A stretch of DNA of 64,000 bases, taken from contig NC_043010.1 of assembly GCF_006345805.1 (NCBI RefSeq), forward strand, positions 62,001 to 126,000, given 5' to 3'. The DNA comes from Octopus sinensis. Lineage: Eukaryota. Position numbers and translations under genes: made by a program. Under the pieces are notes generated by a model that saw only the letters and a program-made list of their open reading frames with translations, was not told the origin of the DNA and searched no databases. Positions 26,201 through 40,279 of the stretch are shown here, piece by piece (the first letter of the stretch is position 1; the number at the start of each line of letters is the position of its first letter).

Positions 26201-26587
26201 AAGTTATGGTGTGAAAAATAATGAAGAATGATTATGTTTGTGGTTCACAATGAAGAGAGAAAATATGTTAAACGAAACAGCGGAGATGAAAAACAATTAT
26301 AAAAATGTTGAACGTCTTTGCTGGCTTAATTCTCCAGGCACAGGGAAGCAACATGTGATATGAGAGAGAGAGAGAAGCATGGACTGACGAGGAAAGTGTA
26401 TGGGAGAGGCAAAGCTATAAGAGATAGGAGAGAGAGAGAGAGAAGTAGCAAAAGAGACAGAGAGTGAGTGAAGGAGAAATGTCATGGAGACAGATGTGTT
26501 TTCTTCACTGAAAGGAGAAATAGAGAAAATATGTGTTCACAGATAATAACGAAGTGAGGAAATATATATTTTAAACTTTTTCCTTTA

Positions 26588-26680
26588 TTTCAGTCATGAG
26601 ACTGCAGCCATGCTGGAGGAGGTGGAGGGCCCCTGGAATAAGTTTTAGTCGAACGAATTGACCCTAGTACTTTTTTCTCA
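26588..26680 (-). mobile_element. SINE 3' fragment
   Basis: tttcagtcatgagactgcagccatgctggag..gtcgaacgaattgaccc belongs to the same family as 39085. Confidence 0.6.
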
Positions 26681-27461
26681 GTATGGTGGAAATTGCCCAA
26701 ACTGCCATGTCACACGATGAGACCAAGAAAAAAAACGGAATTATGTGGTTGGGAAGCAAACCCAATATTGATGGTCTCAGACGAAATATGGGGAAAATGG
26801 GCTATGAAAATGAATAGCATTATATACAGATTAATTACACAAAGCAAAGGAAATAATTACACTGAATGGTTCTTATGTTGAACATGTCACAGAGAGTTGT
26901 GTAGTATCCGTCGCACTAGACACACAGGTTAGAAAAGACAGGTCACGCTAGCATGTATAGCATTTGAGAGATTTAAGAAACAGGATCTGGAGATTGTAGG
27001 ACAACAGCCAGCGATGCATTGATAGGTTGCACATTTTTGTTTCTCTAATCAGGGTCTAGAAACACATACGTAAGAGGTTATTAAAATGTGTTTAAAACTA
27101 AAGAGATATTATATTGAGAGTGGCGTAATTTGTATAAGAAACGTTATTTACATGAAATAAACCAGAACTGAAGTAGTCAGACGGAAGAGAGTGAAATGGT
27201 GCGATCATCTAATTAGGAGGAAACTAAAAAATAATTCCTTAGTTCAGTCGATGTACCAAGACATCTAAAACCACAGGCCATGTAATAAGCAGTAGAAATG
27301 ACAGAGCTGTTACGATAAACGGCTACATATCTTTTAACAGCAACAAGCAGAGCATAAAAGAAGGGCGTAGCGGTGTTCCGGCTGGCAAGAGAGCGACCAA
27401 TGATCCGGAAAACAGAAGGGGCTAAAAAGCACACACATACATAGACAAGCACGCACACACA

Positions 27462-27515
<54 letters not shown>

Positions 27516-27519
27516 AAAT

Positions 27520-28512
27520 AGACACATGGACTATTGGTTCGGTGCGTTCTGTCCACGAGAAAAACACTTCCAGTGCAGTCATCTGAGAAGAAATACCAGC
27601 AACAACCAAGGGTTAAACTTGCAACAGACTGGCATCTCTTTTAGTGGGGTGTCTTCTATCCCCGGGTGTTGGAATATGTTGGATACCGAGAGAGACTGCG
27701 GCCTAATGGGCCTGAATATCATGTAGAGAATATAACTAAGAAACTACTTCAATGAAGACATTGAGGCGTGCGCAGTCTCGTGTTTGTGTAACATTGATGA
27801 AGTGAAAGTAGACATGAACGTGTAGAAGACGAATATACGTCCGGTGCTTTGATTGGAATGTAGCTGTTTGTGAAATGTTGATTACTTGAACAATGACAAT
27901 TGAATGACCTGATAATACTAATTAGATAAATGATCGTAAATTTAATCAACATGATACATTTTGCAAGTTTTAACATTTTAGTGGAATGTTTAAAATAACA
28001 AATGGAATCAATGCCTCTTCCGGTGGTATTTAATCTTAGTCTGCAGTATTACAGTATTTCATCTAGAAAACGACCGGTAGCAACAGATCAGATTTAATCC
28101 TTTATTTAACAATTTTAAAGCTTACATTGATAACATTATATTGGCAAGAAGATAGAATATCAATATAATTTCAAATCATGCAATATTTTCTGTTTCAAGC
28201 CATAGTGAGGCCCTGAAACTTGTTTAAATTACATTATGGTGGATTATACAGTCTCATGCATGCATAGTGTTGTATTGAAACGTATAATTATAGTGTCGTT
28301 ACAAGGAAAGAATATTTTATATTATATATGGAGAAAATATTATTTTATATTATATATGAAGAAAATATTATTTCATATTATATATGGAGAAAATATTATT
28401 TTATATTATATATGGAGAAAATTTTATTTTGTATTATATATGCAGAAAATATCGTTTTATAGCATAAAATATCATCAAAGACGATTCTTGGAGGCTCTTT
28501 TTCGATTTTCAC
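27520..28512 (-). repeat. Diverged inverted paralog of about 11762-12650 (3' UTR/flank of the aGPCR terminal exon)
   Basis: Shared colinear blocks: aaacaagtttcagggcc, tagatgaaatactgtaatactgc, acatttcacaaacagctacattccaat, gcaagtttaaccct and caccgaaccaatagtc. Confidence 0.85.
28305..28450. repeat. About 28-bp AT-rich minisatellite, roughly 5 units
   Basis: The unit ggagaaaatattattttatattatatat is repeated with variants. Confidence 0.8.
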
Positions 28513-28565
28513 TCAAAAGTTTGTTTTTGCTGTTCTATCCTCTGTTCCATTACCAGTACTTGAAC
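28513..28565 (-). CDS. Putative terminal exon of a paralogous adhesion GPCR (..SSTGNGTEDRTAKTNF*)
   Basis: Acceptor ttccattatgtttccag|gttcaagt. It is 53 nt to the stop, exactly like 11709-11761, and ends in PDZ-like KTNF. Confidence 0.7.
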
Positions 28566-28631
28566 CTGGAAACATAATGGAAAAACATAAAATATAAAAT
28601 TTTAAGCACATTAATTACCGGATAGTGAATT

Positions 28632-28684
<53 letters not shown>

Positions 28685-30034
28685 TTATTTCTTACTATTT
28701 GAACTGTTAGAGCTGTTTTCGCTATGTATCCAGTACAACCCTTAAACAAGTAAATAATATTTTCCTAAACAATAGATCAACGTATTTCAGTTTGTGACTT
28801 ATTCACGAATATACCATGAATGACGATGCCTTTCATGTTACTTCAGCCAATTGACAAGCGCTGATGGAAGAACTGTTCTGCTTTTAGACAAATACACTGT
28901 CAACACAAAGGTCACATCCTGTTTACATGTAGGAACACTTTCTTAAAATCTATCTGTACATCTTGAAAATGGCCAGCGTGTATATTTCACAGAAGACAAT
29001 GCTCGAAACGTAGATCTGAATCCATGAGAAACTACTTTGACAGCGTTCTTCAAATTATGCCGATGTGATCTGTTTGCCCGAACACTGTTGTACGTAAAGA
29101 TCCCCGTGTACTCTACCTGGGCACACAATATATATATATGCACACATATATTTATTCATTTATATATTTTTTAAATAATAAATAACATGACCATCCCGAA
29201 ATATGTGTGTGTATATGTATATATATTTTTACATTTTCCCGAGCAATATATAATTTGTTACGGGATTTGACTAGTAAAAATGCTACTGTCTGTTTCGCGG
29301 CCTCTATTGTTGCATTTCCTCAATATTGAACACTACTTAGACATACTGACCGGATGCGCATAAACCTCTTTTATGCCGGAAATAGATAGACTTTATATTG
29401 ATTTGGGAGTGGTAAAATGAAATGAATGGAAACGAAGTTAAAAAAATTGTATCATTGTTCGGCAATGGGATATGATTTATTCCTCTTTTATATCTCTTAG
29501 AGATGAGTTAAAGCGTATGAGCTGTGTGTGTATCTATCGATCCTAATGTAAAAATTAACTTGATCACTTCGAACAAAATGAAATTCCGCCGAGGAAAATT
29601 ATTTGCAGCACTAAATATTTTTCCTGTTTGAATGAAAGCAAATACTGGAATTGTGTGAATTTTTCTGCCCAGTAGAGCCTGCATCTTCTACTTCTATACA
29701 AAATAAGGAGAAAACATTTTTGCCCTCGGTTAATTGGTATAATTAAAAAGAAACTGAGCAAAGACAAACAGTTCCGTAGGGACAAGAAACGGAAAAGCGC
29801 AAAATAAAATGCTGATTTATTGAAATTACCCAAGCTTTGAGAAAATGTAAATGAATAGTTGTATGTATGAGAGAGAGGGAGGGAGTCTGTGCGCTTGCGT
29901 GCACGCGTGGGTGTCCTAAGGTATCATCCATTGTGGTTGATGATGACGACAACGACGAAGAGGATGGTATGGTGATTGATGAAGCTAATTATGACGGTAA
30001 TGGTGTTAAAAAAATGAAGAAACACGATACTTAC

Positions 30035-30110
30035 TTTCATCAAACAAATTCATGTTGAGCAATGCCTGGAATTTGTTCAAAACTTGGGAGATATTGCGCC
30101 GCAGTTGACT
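30035..30110 (-). pseudogene. Truncated, internally deleted copy of the exon at 45650-45804
   Basis: It keeps the donor aaa|gtaagt and QLRRNISQVLNK, but lacks the 5' half and about 20 internal nt. Confidence 0.65.
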
Positions 30111-31019
30111 TTGAACACTTAAAGAGATTAATTGTTTTGTTTCAATTATTTTTATATTCAAATATAGCTTCGGATTGGATCATCATAGCTAAAATAACCG
30201 CATTCAGTATGGTTGAGAACAGAATTAGTGAAGAAGGCTAGAACTACAAGAGGGTGACTAAAAGTTAGTGTTAAGAACATATTCGTCCAGTACCGTGGCT
30301 TTCCCTCTTTAGCATGTAAGAAATCCACATGGTGGTCTTCCCTCCGTGTATAAATTTTTATATACATTTTATATATATATATATATATATATGTAATTTC
30401 CTGGTTGGTTTTAAATTGCGTGTTAGCCACCTTAATTATTTTATAATCTTCACATTGCCATTTTGTGAAATCAATCACTCATTCTTATGTCATTCTCAAT
30501 GATATTGACAGGCGGGAGTTAACCTCCACCAGCCGTAATGGAGTGAGCATTGCTGATGAGTATTAACTTCTTATAAGAAATTACCATGCTAATCTAATCC
30601 ATCTGGCTTACCGTGGGGAATGTTGCCCCCCCCTGTCAATGCACCATGTGTTTTTTATGGCTAAGGTGTCTATGATTATAATTTAACACAATCACTGGTA
30701 AAAGTTTGCAAGACTCAACGAAAAGTTTTAGGAAAATAAAAATAAGAAATACGTTGAAATGTTACCGGTGTGTGGAATTATAAGGCACAAAAAGAAAATG
30801 GCTATCCCCAGACAGAACAGAATATGCTTCAACACACGAACTCATATAAAGAATCTTGCAAACCAAATCCCAAAACGAAATAGTCTATGACTAATATTTC
30901 TAATAATGCTGGTGCTCACTGCACTCTTGTCACCTTTAGTGATTGTGAATTATTTCCCTGTTGGTCTTAAAATGCTGATAGCCGCCTTGATTTATATATA
31001 CACGCTCATATATATATAT

Positions 31020-31121
<102 letters not shown>

Positions 31122-31194
31122 AATACGTTCGTATATGTAAGTATATCGTATGTTGCATATGTATATATTTGTATTTATTTGCTTTTCTGAGTAT

Positions 31195-31253
31195 ATTCCA
31201 CTGATGAAGGCAGAGCATTTCTTATGCAGAGTCAGAAATCCGGGATCTGGAAT
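31195..31253 (+). ncRNA. Type I hammerhead-like motif with irregular stem II
   Basis: attcca CTGATGA aggc..gcat-ttctt-atgc..gtca GAAA tccggga TC tggaat: 6-bp stem I and an AUC triplet. Confidence 0.5.
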
Positions 31254-31484
31254 TATCCAGAAATGTTTGCTATTCTATTTTGTCTCTTCGTCTTCTCTCC
31301 TGGTGCTATATGAACATTTAATGTGGCTCTAGAGTCAAGATTTGACTGCTATTACCCTATATTATAATTTTAAATAATTGTTACCTTTGATGGTTTTTAT
31401 TCCCATGCTGGCCACCTGATAAAATCGATATTTAAATATTGATCTTATCCTTCTGTGCGTGTATGTATATATATATATATATTG

Positions 31485-34400
31485 GTTGGCATCCTTTTTG
31501 TCTCGGGAGACAATGGAGTTGCGCATAAAATAGTCCAGTCCGGCTTTTATATTTCATATCCTGATACATTTCCTGCTGTGGCTGTGTAGTCCTATCCTGG
31601 ACAAACACTCCCTCTGGCAGGTACCGCAAATATAGCGAAGACTGTTCCTGGCTGGTTGTAATGTCATAGTTTCTTGTTGACGTCTCTTCTTTTCTTTCCA
31701 TTTCTCCTCTCTCTCCCTGTCACTCCTTTGTATTCCCTCTTTTACGGTACGTCGCCATTCTCCACGGTTGCCGGCAACTGCCTCCCAACCGCTAATATTG
31801 ATGTTGCAGGCCTTCATGTCCCTTTTGCAAACATCCTTGTAACGTAAGATCGGTCTACCCACAGACCTAGTACCCCTAGCAAGCTCTCCGTAGAGTATGT
31901 CCTTGGGGATTCTGCCATCTTTCATACGGCTAACATTCCCAAGCTATCTCATACGTCTTTGTGTGAGGAGTGCAAACATGCTTGGTATTCCTGCTTGCCT
32001 GAGGACATCTTTGTTGGGGATATGATTCTGCCATTTGATGCGGAGGATTTTTCGGAGGCAGCGCAGGTGAAAGATGTTTAGGTGAGGCTCTTGGCGTGTG
32101 TATAGCGTCCAAGTCTCACTTCCATACAGTAGAGTGCTGAGTACACATGCCTGGTAGATCTTCATTTTCGTGGTCTTGATCAGCTTATTGTTGTCCCAAG
32201 CCCGTTTGGAGAGTTGGGCCATCGCAGCAGCTGCCTTTCCAATGCGTATATTGAGCTCAGCGTCAAGGGATAGGTTGTAGGTGACGGTAGAGCCCAGATA
32301 GGTAAACTGTGGTCTCCAATATGTATGTTTGGGATGTCCGATGTAGACTGACCCATGATGTTGGTCTTCTTAAGGCTGATAGCTAAGCCAAAGTCGTTAC
32401 ATGCTTGCTCAAAACAGTCAATGAGCCTTTGGAGGGCTTCTTCTGTGTGTGATACCAGAGCGGCATCATCAGCAAATAGCATCTCCTTGATCAGGACGTT
32501 TCTGATTTTGGTCTTGGCACACAAGCGCGAGAGATTGAACAGTTTCCCGTCACTTCTACTGTGCAGAAACACTCCATCATCTGATGTCTGAAAGGCTTGT
32601 GAGAGTAAGAGCGAGAAGAAGATGCCAAACAATGTAGGAGCGAGGACACAACCTTGATTTACCCCGTTTTTTATTTGGAAGGCGGCTGATGTTGAACCGT
32701 TGTGCTGTAAGGTGCCTTGCATGTCACCATGGAAAGACTTGATGATCCTCAGCAGCTTTGGTGGACATCCGATTTTTTGGAGCAGGATGAAGAGGCCTGT
32801 TCTGCTTACCGAGTCAAAAGCCTTTGTTATATCAATGAAGGCCATATATAATGGCATTTTCTGCTCTCTGGACTTCTCCTGAAGTTGGCGTACGGAGAAT
32901 ATCATATCGATAGTTGATCTGCTTCTTCTAAAGCCACACTGCGATTCCGGATAGATACGAGAAGCAAGTAGTTGTAGCCTTGCCAGGATAACGCGGGCAA
33001 AGGTCTTTCCAACAGTGCTTAGAAGAGATATACCACGGTAATTGTTAAAATCACCACGGTCACCTTTGTTTTTGTAAAGCGTAATGATGTTAGCATCCCG
33101 CATATCCTGAGGGACTGTACCCTCTTCCCAGCACTGACACAGAAGCTCATGAAGATGCCGAAGCAGGATGGTGTTTTTGCCGGCTTTGACGATATCTGAG
33201 GGGATGCCGTCTTTTCCCGGAGCCTTATTTCTTGCTAGGGAGTCAACAGCCTTGGTGAGCTCTGCTATAGATGGCGGACTGTCAAGTTCGCACATGACTG
33301 GCAAGATCTTGACACTCTCGACTGCAGCCTCAGCCACTGTAGTCTCCCGTGAGTAGAGATCCTGTTAGTGCTCCACCCATCTATCCATTTGCTTGCCTTG
33401 ATCCCTGATGAGATCTCCAGAGGGGCTGACTTGGTTGCGGATGGACCGAGGGCCTTCTTCAAACCGGCATACATCCCACAGGTGTCGCCACTGTCAGCAG
33501 CTGACTGGATATTCTGACAGATTTCCTGCCAATACCTATTTGCACAGCATCTGGCTGTCAGTTGGGTTTTATTTCGTGCCTTTCTGAGTTCTTCGAGTGA
33601 CTTTGTAGAAGAGTCACTCTTGTATTGCATCAGAGCTGCACGCTTTGCTTTGATAACTGGCTCCAGCTCTGAGAGCCCAGCATTGAACCAATCTGGGTTT
33701 TGCCTTTCTCTCATGCCGAAAGTATCTATTGATGTCGTATACAAAGCTTCCCTGATATAGTTCCACCTACTTTCAGCAGAGGAGGTTGGGCAGCTACTGA
33801 AGGCAACCTTGATAGAAGCAGCAAAACATTTTCGCAGTGTAGGTTCCGAGGTTCTGGCAGTGTTAATGCGTGGTCGGCCCACTTCCTTGAAGCGATGGAC
33901 TTTTTTAGGCAGAATCCTCACCCTACTTCTAATTAGTGAGTGGTCTGTGTCACAATCCGCACTGTGGTAACTGCGGGTCAATAGAGTAGAATTCAGAAAG
34001 GATCTCCGTGTAATGATGAGATCCAGCTGATGCCAGTGGTGAGATCTTGGATGTCTCCAAGATGCCTTGTGGGAAGGCTTGTTGGTAAAGAATGTGTTTG
34101 TGATGCACAGGTTGTGGTATGTGCAGAATACGAGTAGTCTCTGACCATTGTCATTCATGTTGCCAATACCAAAGTGTCCAACACAAATGGGCCACGAATC
34201 ATGGTCAGATCCCACGCGAGCGTTAAAATACCCTAGAAGGTAGATATTTTCAGTCGTTGGTATATTTTCTATGACACAGTTGAGATCTTTGTAGAACTGG
34301 TACTTGGTCTCCTCTGAGCTGTAGAGAGTGGGAGTAGAGATGCTGAGTAGATGTACTGAGCCAGAAGAAGTCGAGAGGCGCAGTGAGGGGATACGCTCAG

Positions 34401-35335
34401 TGCATCCTGATGGTGGTTCTATTGAGGAGAGTAATGAGTTTCTCACTGCAAAGCCAACGCCATGCTGACGAGGTTCTTCTGGATCGCTTCCTGCCAAAAG
34501 GAGGTGAAATCCTGCTCTTTGAGTTTGCCGTTTGAGGGGAGACTTGTCTCCTGCAGCCCAGCAATATCTATGTTGATCCTCTTTAGTTCACGGTCAATGA
34601 TGGCCGTTTTCCTTGTGTCTTCAGCCCTGAGTAGATCATCAGATATTCCAGGGCACATGGTCCTGACATTCCAGCTTGCCAACCGCACAACTGGTGTTTT
34701 CTTGACTTTTAGTTGTTTGCCTGGTGCAGAGGTTGCAGGCCGCTTTTCAAGTCAAACTCTTAGCTTCAATCACCCAATGAAGCAGGCGACCTGTGGCGGG
34801 TCAGCACCTTATTAACTGGGGACTGCCCAGCTTGAGGTGGGCAGTAGCTAACCAATAGGACACGGAGGTCCCTCCCACAGTCAGAGGTAACCCGTAGCGC
34901 CCATATTTTACGCCAATCTGAATAGACTTATCACTCGTGACTGTTACCTCCCGTGTTGTTTCTGCAGCTTTTTACAGCAGCACTGAAGTGTCCTCTCCAG
35001 TTTTGCGCAAGCCTGGGCTATAGATAAGAAAGTCCTGGGTAGCTCAATCGTCAGGTTTCCTCTCTCGACCTTGCTGATGTAGTCCAAAGGAGCGCAGTGC
35101 ATTACGTTTGGCACCAGCTTGGTTGCAGGAGCTGCCGGAAGAGTGTCGAGTCGAACACTAGACCGCCTTCGGGGCTCCACTCCGGATTTCTTCGAAGGTT
35201 GTCTCCTTTCCGTAACCCTGGATAGGGGCCCATACCGGGTACTATCAGCTGGAGCCAGCTGAGCCCGGAACTCGTGTCAGGCAGGGTCGTCACTCCCTGA
35301 AGTAGTGAAGAAGTTCGCTACCCACTACCTTTTCA
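31485..35335 (-). mobile_element. Near full-length RTE (BovB-like) LINE, about 3.85 kb, frameshifted
   Basis: APE (LASWNVRT, GLQET, SDHDSW, DTDH), RT (KAPGKDG, YPESQCGFR, QGCVLAP, LFADD) and C-terminal CGTC..HSHSRKC. 3' end ccattgtctcccgagacaaaaaggatgccaac lies in (TA)n. Confidence 0.95.
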
Positions 35336-35356
35336 AGTAATGTTAAATTATTAGAT

Positions 35357-35388
<32 letters not shown>

Positions 35389-35415
35389 GGTATGTATGTG
35401 TATGTATATATGCTA

Positions 35416-35471
<56 letters not shown>

Positions 35472-35697
35472 TATATATACACAGTTCTCTCTTTATCTTT
35501 ATATGGGTTTGTTTGTCCTTTGTATAATAAAACATTGATAAAACGCTTAAGCATTTCGTCGAAGGTACGAATTAGTATATTGTGGGTTACAAGTACAACA
35601 CTGTTGATTATGGTGACGTCTAATACATGCGATAAAATCGAATGTTTGGAACAAAACAAAATAAACTTGAATAAAGGTATTAGAAGCTTTTGCTTAC

Positions 35698-35750
35698 CCA
35701 GGATATTCAACTCTGAATTTTCCAGTCACGGTTAAAAACTCATGCTCCAT
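35698..35750 (-). CDS. 53-nt exon (MEHEFLTVTGKFRVEYPG), unit A copy of an SEA-like ectodomain exon
   Basis: Acceptor ggcttttgcag| and donor tgg|gtaagc. Both sites and the length are conserved at 51581-51633. Confidence 0.6.
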
Positions 35751-35766
35751 CTGCAAAAGCCAGATG

Positions 35767-35827
<61 letters not shown>

Positions 35828-36150
35828 TACATTAAATTCAAGAAACAAAGTTTGATTTAAAAGCCTTGAGTAGTATAAAAAGATACAGATAAGGAAATAA
35901 TTTTACATATGTATGTATTTATGTGTTTAAGCTAATCAGGCTAAACTTTAAAATACCTGTTATCATTTAATAAAATCGATATCACTATCTACGAAACGTA
36001 TTGAGCTCACTCACTATTTAAATTGACGTTTTGCATTTCTTGTATAAAATATGCATGTGTGTGTGTGTGTGAGTGTATGCATGTGTGCGCGTGTTCAGCG
36101 CGCGCGTGTGTGTGTGTGTTCGGAGAAAGAGAGGGCAGATATCTACTCAC

Positions 36151-36233
36151 GGCTCTTGATATGTTCTCAGCAGGTTTTTTATATTCGTCGAAAGAGTTTA
36201 AAATCAAACGAAATGCGAAGGATTCGGTCCAGC
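36151..36233 (-). CDS. 83-nt exon (GWTESFAFRLILNSFDEYKKPAENISRA), unit A copy
   Basis: Acceptor atcaatccatag| and donor gcc|gtgagt. Phase 1-0, compatible with 35698-35750; splice sites are conserved at 55725-55805. Confidence 0.6.
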
Positions 36234-36465
36234 CTATGGATTGATATAGAAAATAATTGCTGTATTTATAAATGAGACACACGTCATAGATGCACATAAA
36301 ACCCACATACGTAGATAAAAATATACATTCATAATCACATATACACTTAAAAATACTATAAATAAATATATATATATACGAACATACAGACTCACATTAA
36401 TACATCTGCATCTACATGTATAAACACATATAAATGCATGTTTGTACACATACACAGTTCCAGTA

Positions 36466-36564
<99 letters not shown>

Positions 36565-36970
36565 TATGTATATATATGAACAATTTCATTTAGAATGGTT
36601 GATTCTCTCAATTTCGATACCATATGACAAAGGCAAGAAATTCTGTCTTCTCTGCAATTCTGAGCTATTTTTCATTATTTTTTCTAAAAATACTCTAGTA
36701 AACACGGTTATAAAGCGAGCATACAGATGTAAGCATTGGCAGAAACATACATTTAGTGCATATAAGTAGTCTCTATAATTATATATAATTCAAACTTTAA
36801 TTTCCTTTATATTTAACATTCACTATGGGTATCCCTACTCTTTCTGTTAGCTACTTATGACGTTATACCATATAACGTTTTTTTAAACAATATTAATAGC
36901 GTGCTGTCTATCACTCTACAAATCCATCATTTTTTGCTAAAATGTCTTATTGACAAGTTTCGCTTTTTTC

Positions 36971-37052
36971 ACCTTCCTGAAGAGAAGATTGCATTGTTTC
37001 ATTTATTCTTTTGAATAGTAACAGTGGAATTGTCGAAACATGTGTCGAAAGT
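36971..37052 (+). ncRNA. Type I hammerhead-like motif with long stem II
   Basis: accttc CTGAAGA g..(cattgtt/aacagtg, tattc-tttt-gaata)..c GAAA c-atgt-g TC gaaagt: GUC triplet, stem I with one mismatch. Confidence 0.55.
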
Positions 37053-37301
37053 AAAAATATTTGATTACACCTGCGTTAAACTCCATTTATTTATTCATAT
37101 ATTATTCAAAATATTCAACGTAAACACGAAGTTTCTACCTTTATAAACAATGAGTTACAACATCTTTACTTGTGAGATTTTTGCTACCCTGGTAACTATT
37201 TATTTATTTTTTCCGTGTTAATTGTTAACAAGGTAAAAATACACTCATCTATTTATATATACATATATGCAAATCAGCCCACATTTGCATACATACGTAA
37301 C

Positions 37302-37353
<52 letters not shown>

Positions 37354-37397
37354 TTTATATTCATATGTACATACATAAGTAAACATATATATATATA

Positions 37398-38631
<1,234 letters not shown>

Positions 38632-39084
38632 CGTATAAATATACATGTAGAAACATATTTGCATCTATGTGCACGTACACGTATCCAATATAGGATTTCA
38701 TTATAGGGACAAGCACTTCTGTGAAACGATCGTAAAAAGGTTTAAATATTTAATTCAAAACTTATAAACTGTCATATACATTATATTTTATACGTATACA
38801 TATATACATATATTTTTATAAATATTTTATTTATTTATATATTTTTAATACAACCATTTTTTTTCACATGTGTATATCTTTCTGTGAAGTTTTCCGATAT
38901 TGAATTCTTAATATTAATAATAATATATTATTTAAAAATATATATAATCGCTCGCATTAAATATATAAATACCTTAATAATATTAATACTTTGATACAAC
39001 AGAGCACTCAATATATATTCAGGATGTAATATTCTCATTGAATATATTTGACTAAAGATTCATATATACTCTTTACTCTTTTTA

Positions 39085-39470
39085 CTCTTTTATTTGTTTC
39101 AGTCATTTGACTGTGGCCATGCTGGAGCACCGCGTTTAGTCGAGCAAATCGACCCCAGTACTTATTCTTTGTAAGCCTAGTATTTATTCTATCGGTCTCT
39201 TTTGCCAAACCGCTAAGTTACAGGTTCGTAAACACACCAGCAGCGGTTGTCAAGCGATGTTAGAGGGGGGATAAACACAGACACAAACATATACACACAT
39301 ACACGCACATAGATATATATATACATATACATATATACGACAGGCTTCTTTCAGTTTCCGTCTACCAAATCCACTTAGCAGAAGACACTTGCCCAAGTAC
39401 CACGCAGTGGGACTGAACCCGGGACCATATGGTTCGTAAGCAATCTACTTACCACACACACCCACTACTA
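39085..39470 (-). mobile_element. tRNA-derived SINE, near complete
   Basis: tRNA-like head (gggactgaacccgg on the + strand), (CA/TA) middle and tail tgctccagcatggcc..gactgaaaca. Confidence 0.85.
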
Positions 39471-39473
39471 CGC

Positions 39474-39544
<71 letters not shown>

Positions 39545-39547
39545 ATA

Positions 39548-39584
<37 letters not shown>

Positions 39585-39864
39585 TATACATATATACATG
39601 CAGCCATGCCCACACTTGCATACGTATGTATTAGAATATGATTGTTCCTTTCCAGCAACACAAACCATCCAATGGCCATTTTATGGGTTTCGAAACAAAA
39701 AGCCTACAGTTACAAGGAAAATGACAATAATAAAAGCACAGTAAATAGAACGCAAAACAATATCTAAAAGCGGTTTTTATTAATTTGATTACCCAGAGTG
39801 CGAAGGATACAATGTGTGCAAGGAAGAGGGATATTATCGTTTGGAAGGAGAATCGCTTTCAATT

Positions 39865-39979
39865 AAATTTCAGGAAGAACCTGCGTGGGTACCTTGGGCA
39901 AGTGTCTTCTACTATAAGCCTCGGACGACCAAAACATTGTGAGTGGATTTGGTAGACGGAAACTGAAAGAAGCCTGTCG

Positions 39980-40024
<45 letters not shown>

Positions 40025-40168
40025 ATGTGTGTATATTTGTGTCTGTTTTGTCCCCCCCTCCAACATCGCTTGACAACCGATGGTGGTGTGTTTACGACCC
40101 TGTAACTTAGCGGTTCGGCAAAGAGACCGATAGAATAAATACTAGGCTTACAAAGAATAAGTACTGGG
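39865..40168 (+). mobile_element. SINE of the same family, partial
   Basis: Reverse-complement match to 39150-39420. Confidence 0.85.
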
Positions 40169-40279
40169 GCCTTTTCTTCTCGTCGCGTCGCTTAATTTAG
40201 GCTTTTTGGACACAGTTTCTGCCACTTTTCACACACTTGCAGCCTTTTCATTAGAATTATAGCAAGAGAAGTCTGCTTT

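Noticed and set aside
30535-30590. CTGATGAG..GAAATTAC hammerhead-like core (also 50185-50240)
   Set aside because: There is no valid NUH site or stem III in type I geometry, and type III geometry would need G at the cleavage position. Kept only as a conserved-block finding.
35150-35335. Possible HDV-like ribozyme at the RTE 5' end
   Set aside because: Only a hairpin (ccggg..tcagctgg-ct-ccagctga..cccgg) was found; I could not build the P1/P1.1/P3 nested pseudoknot.
36626-36700. Possible extra exon upstream of 36233 (VFLEKIMKNSSELQRRQNFLPLSY)
   Set aside because: It is phase-compatible but the splice sites are moderate, and the paralogous site would fall in the gap, so I cannot support it.
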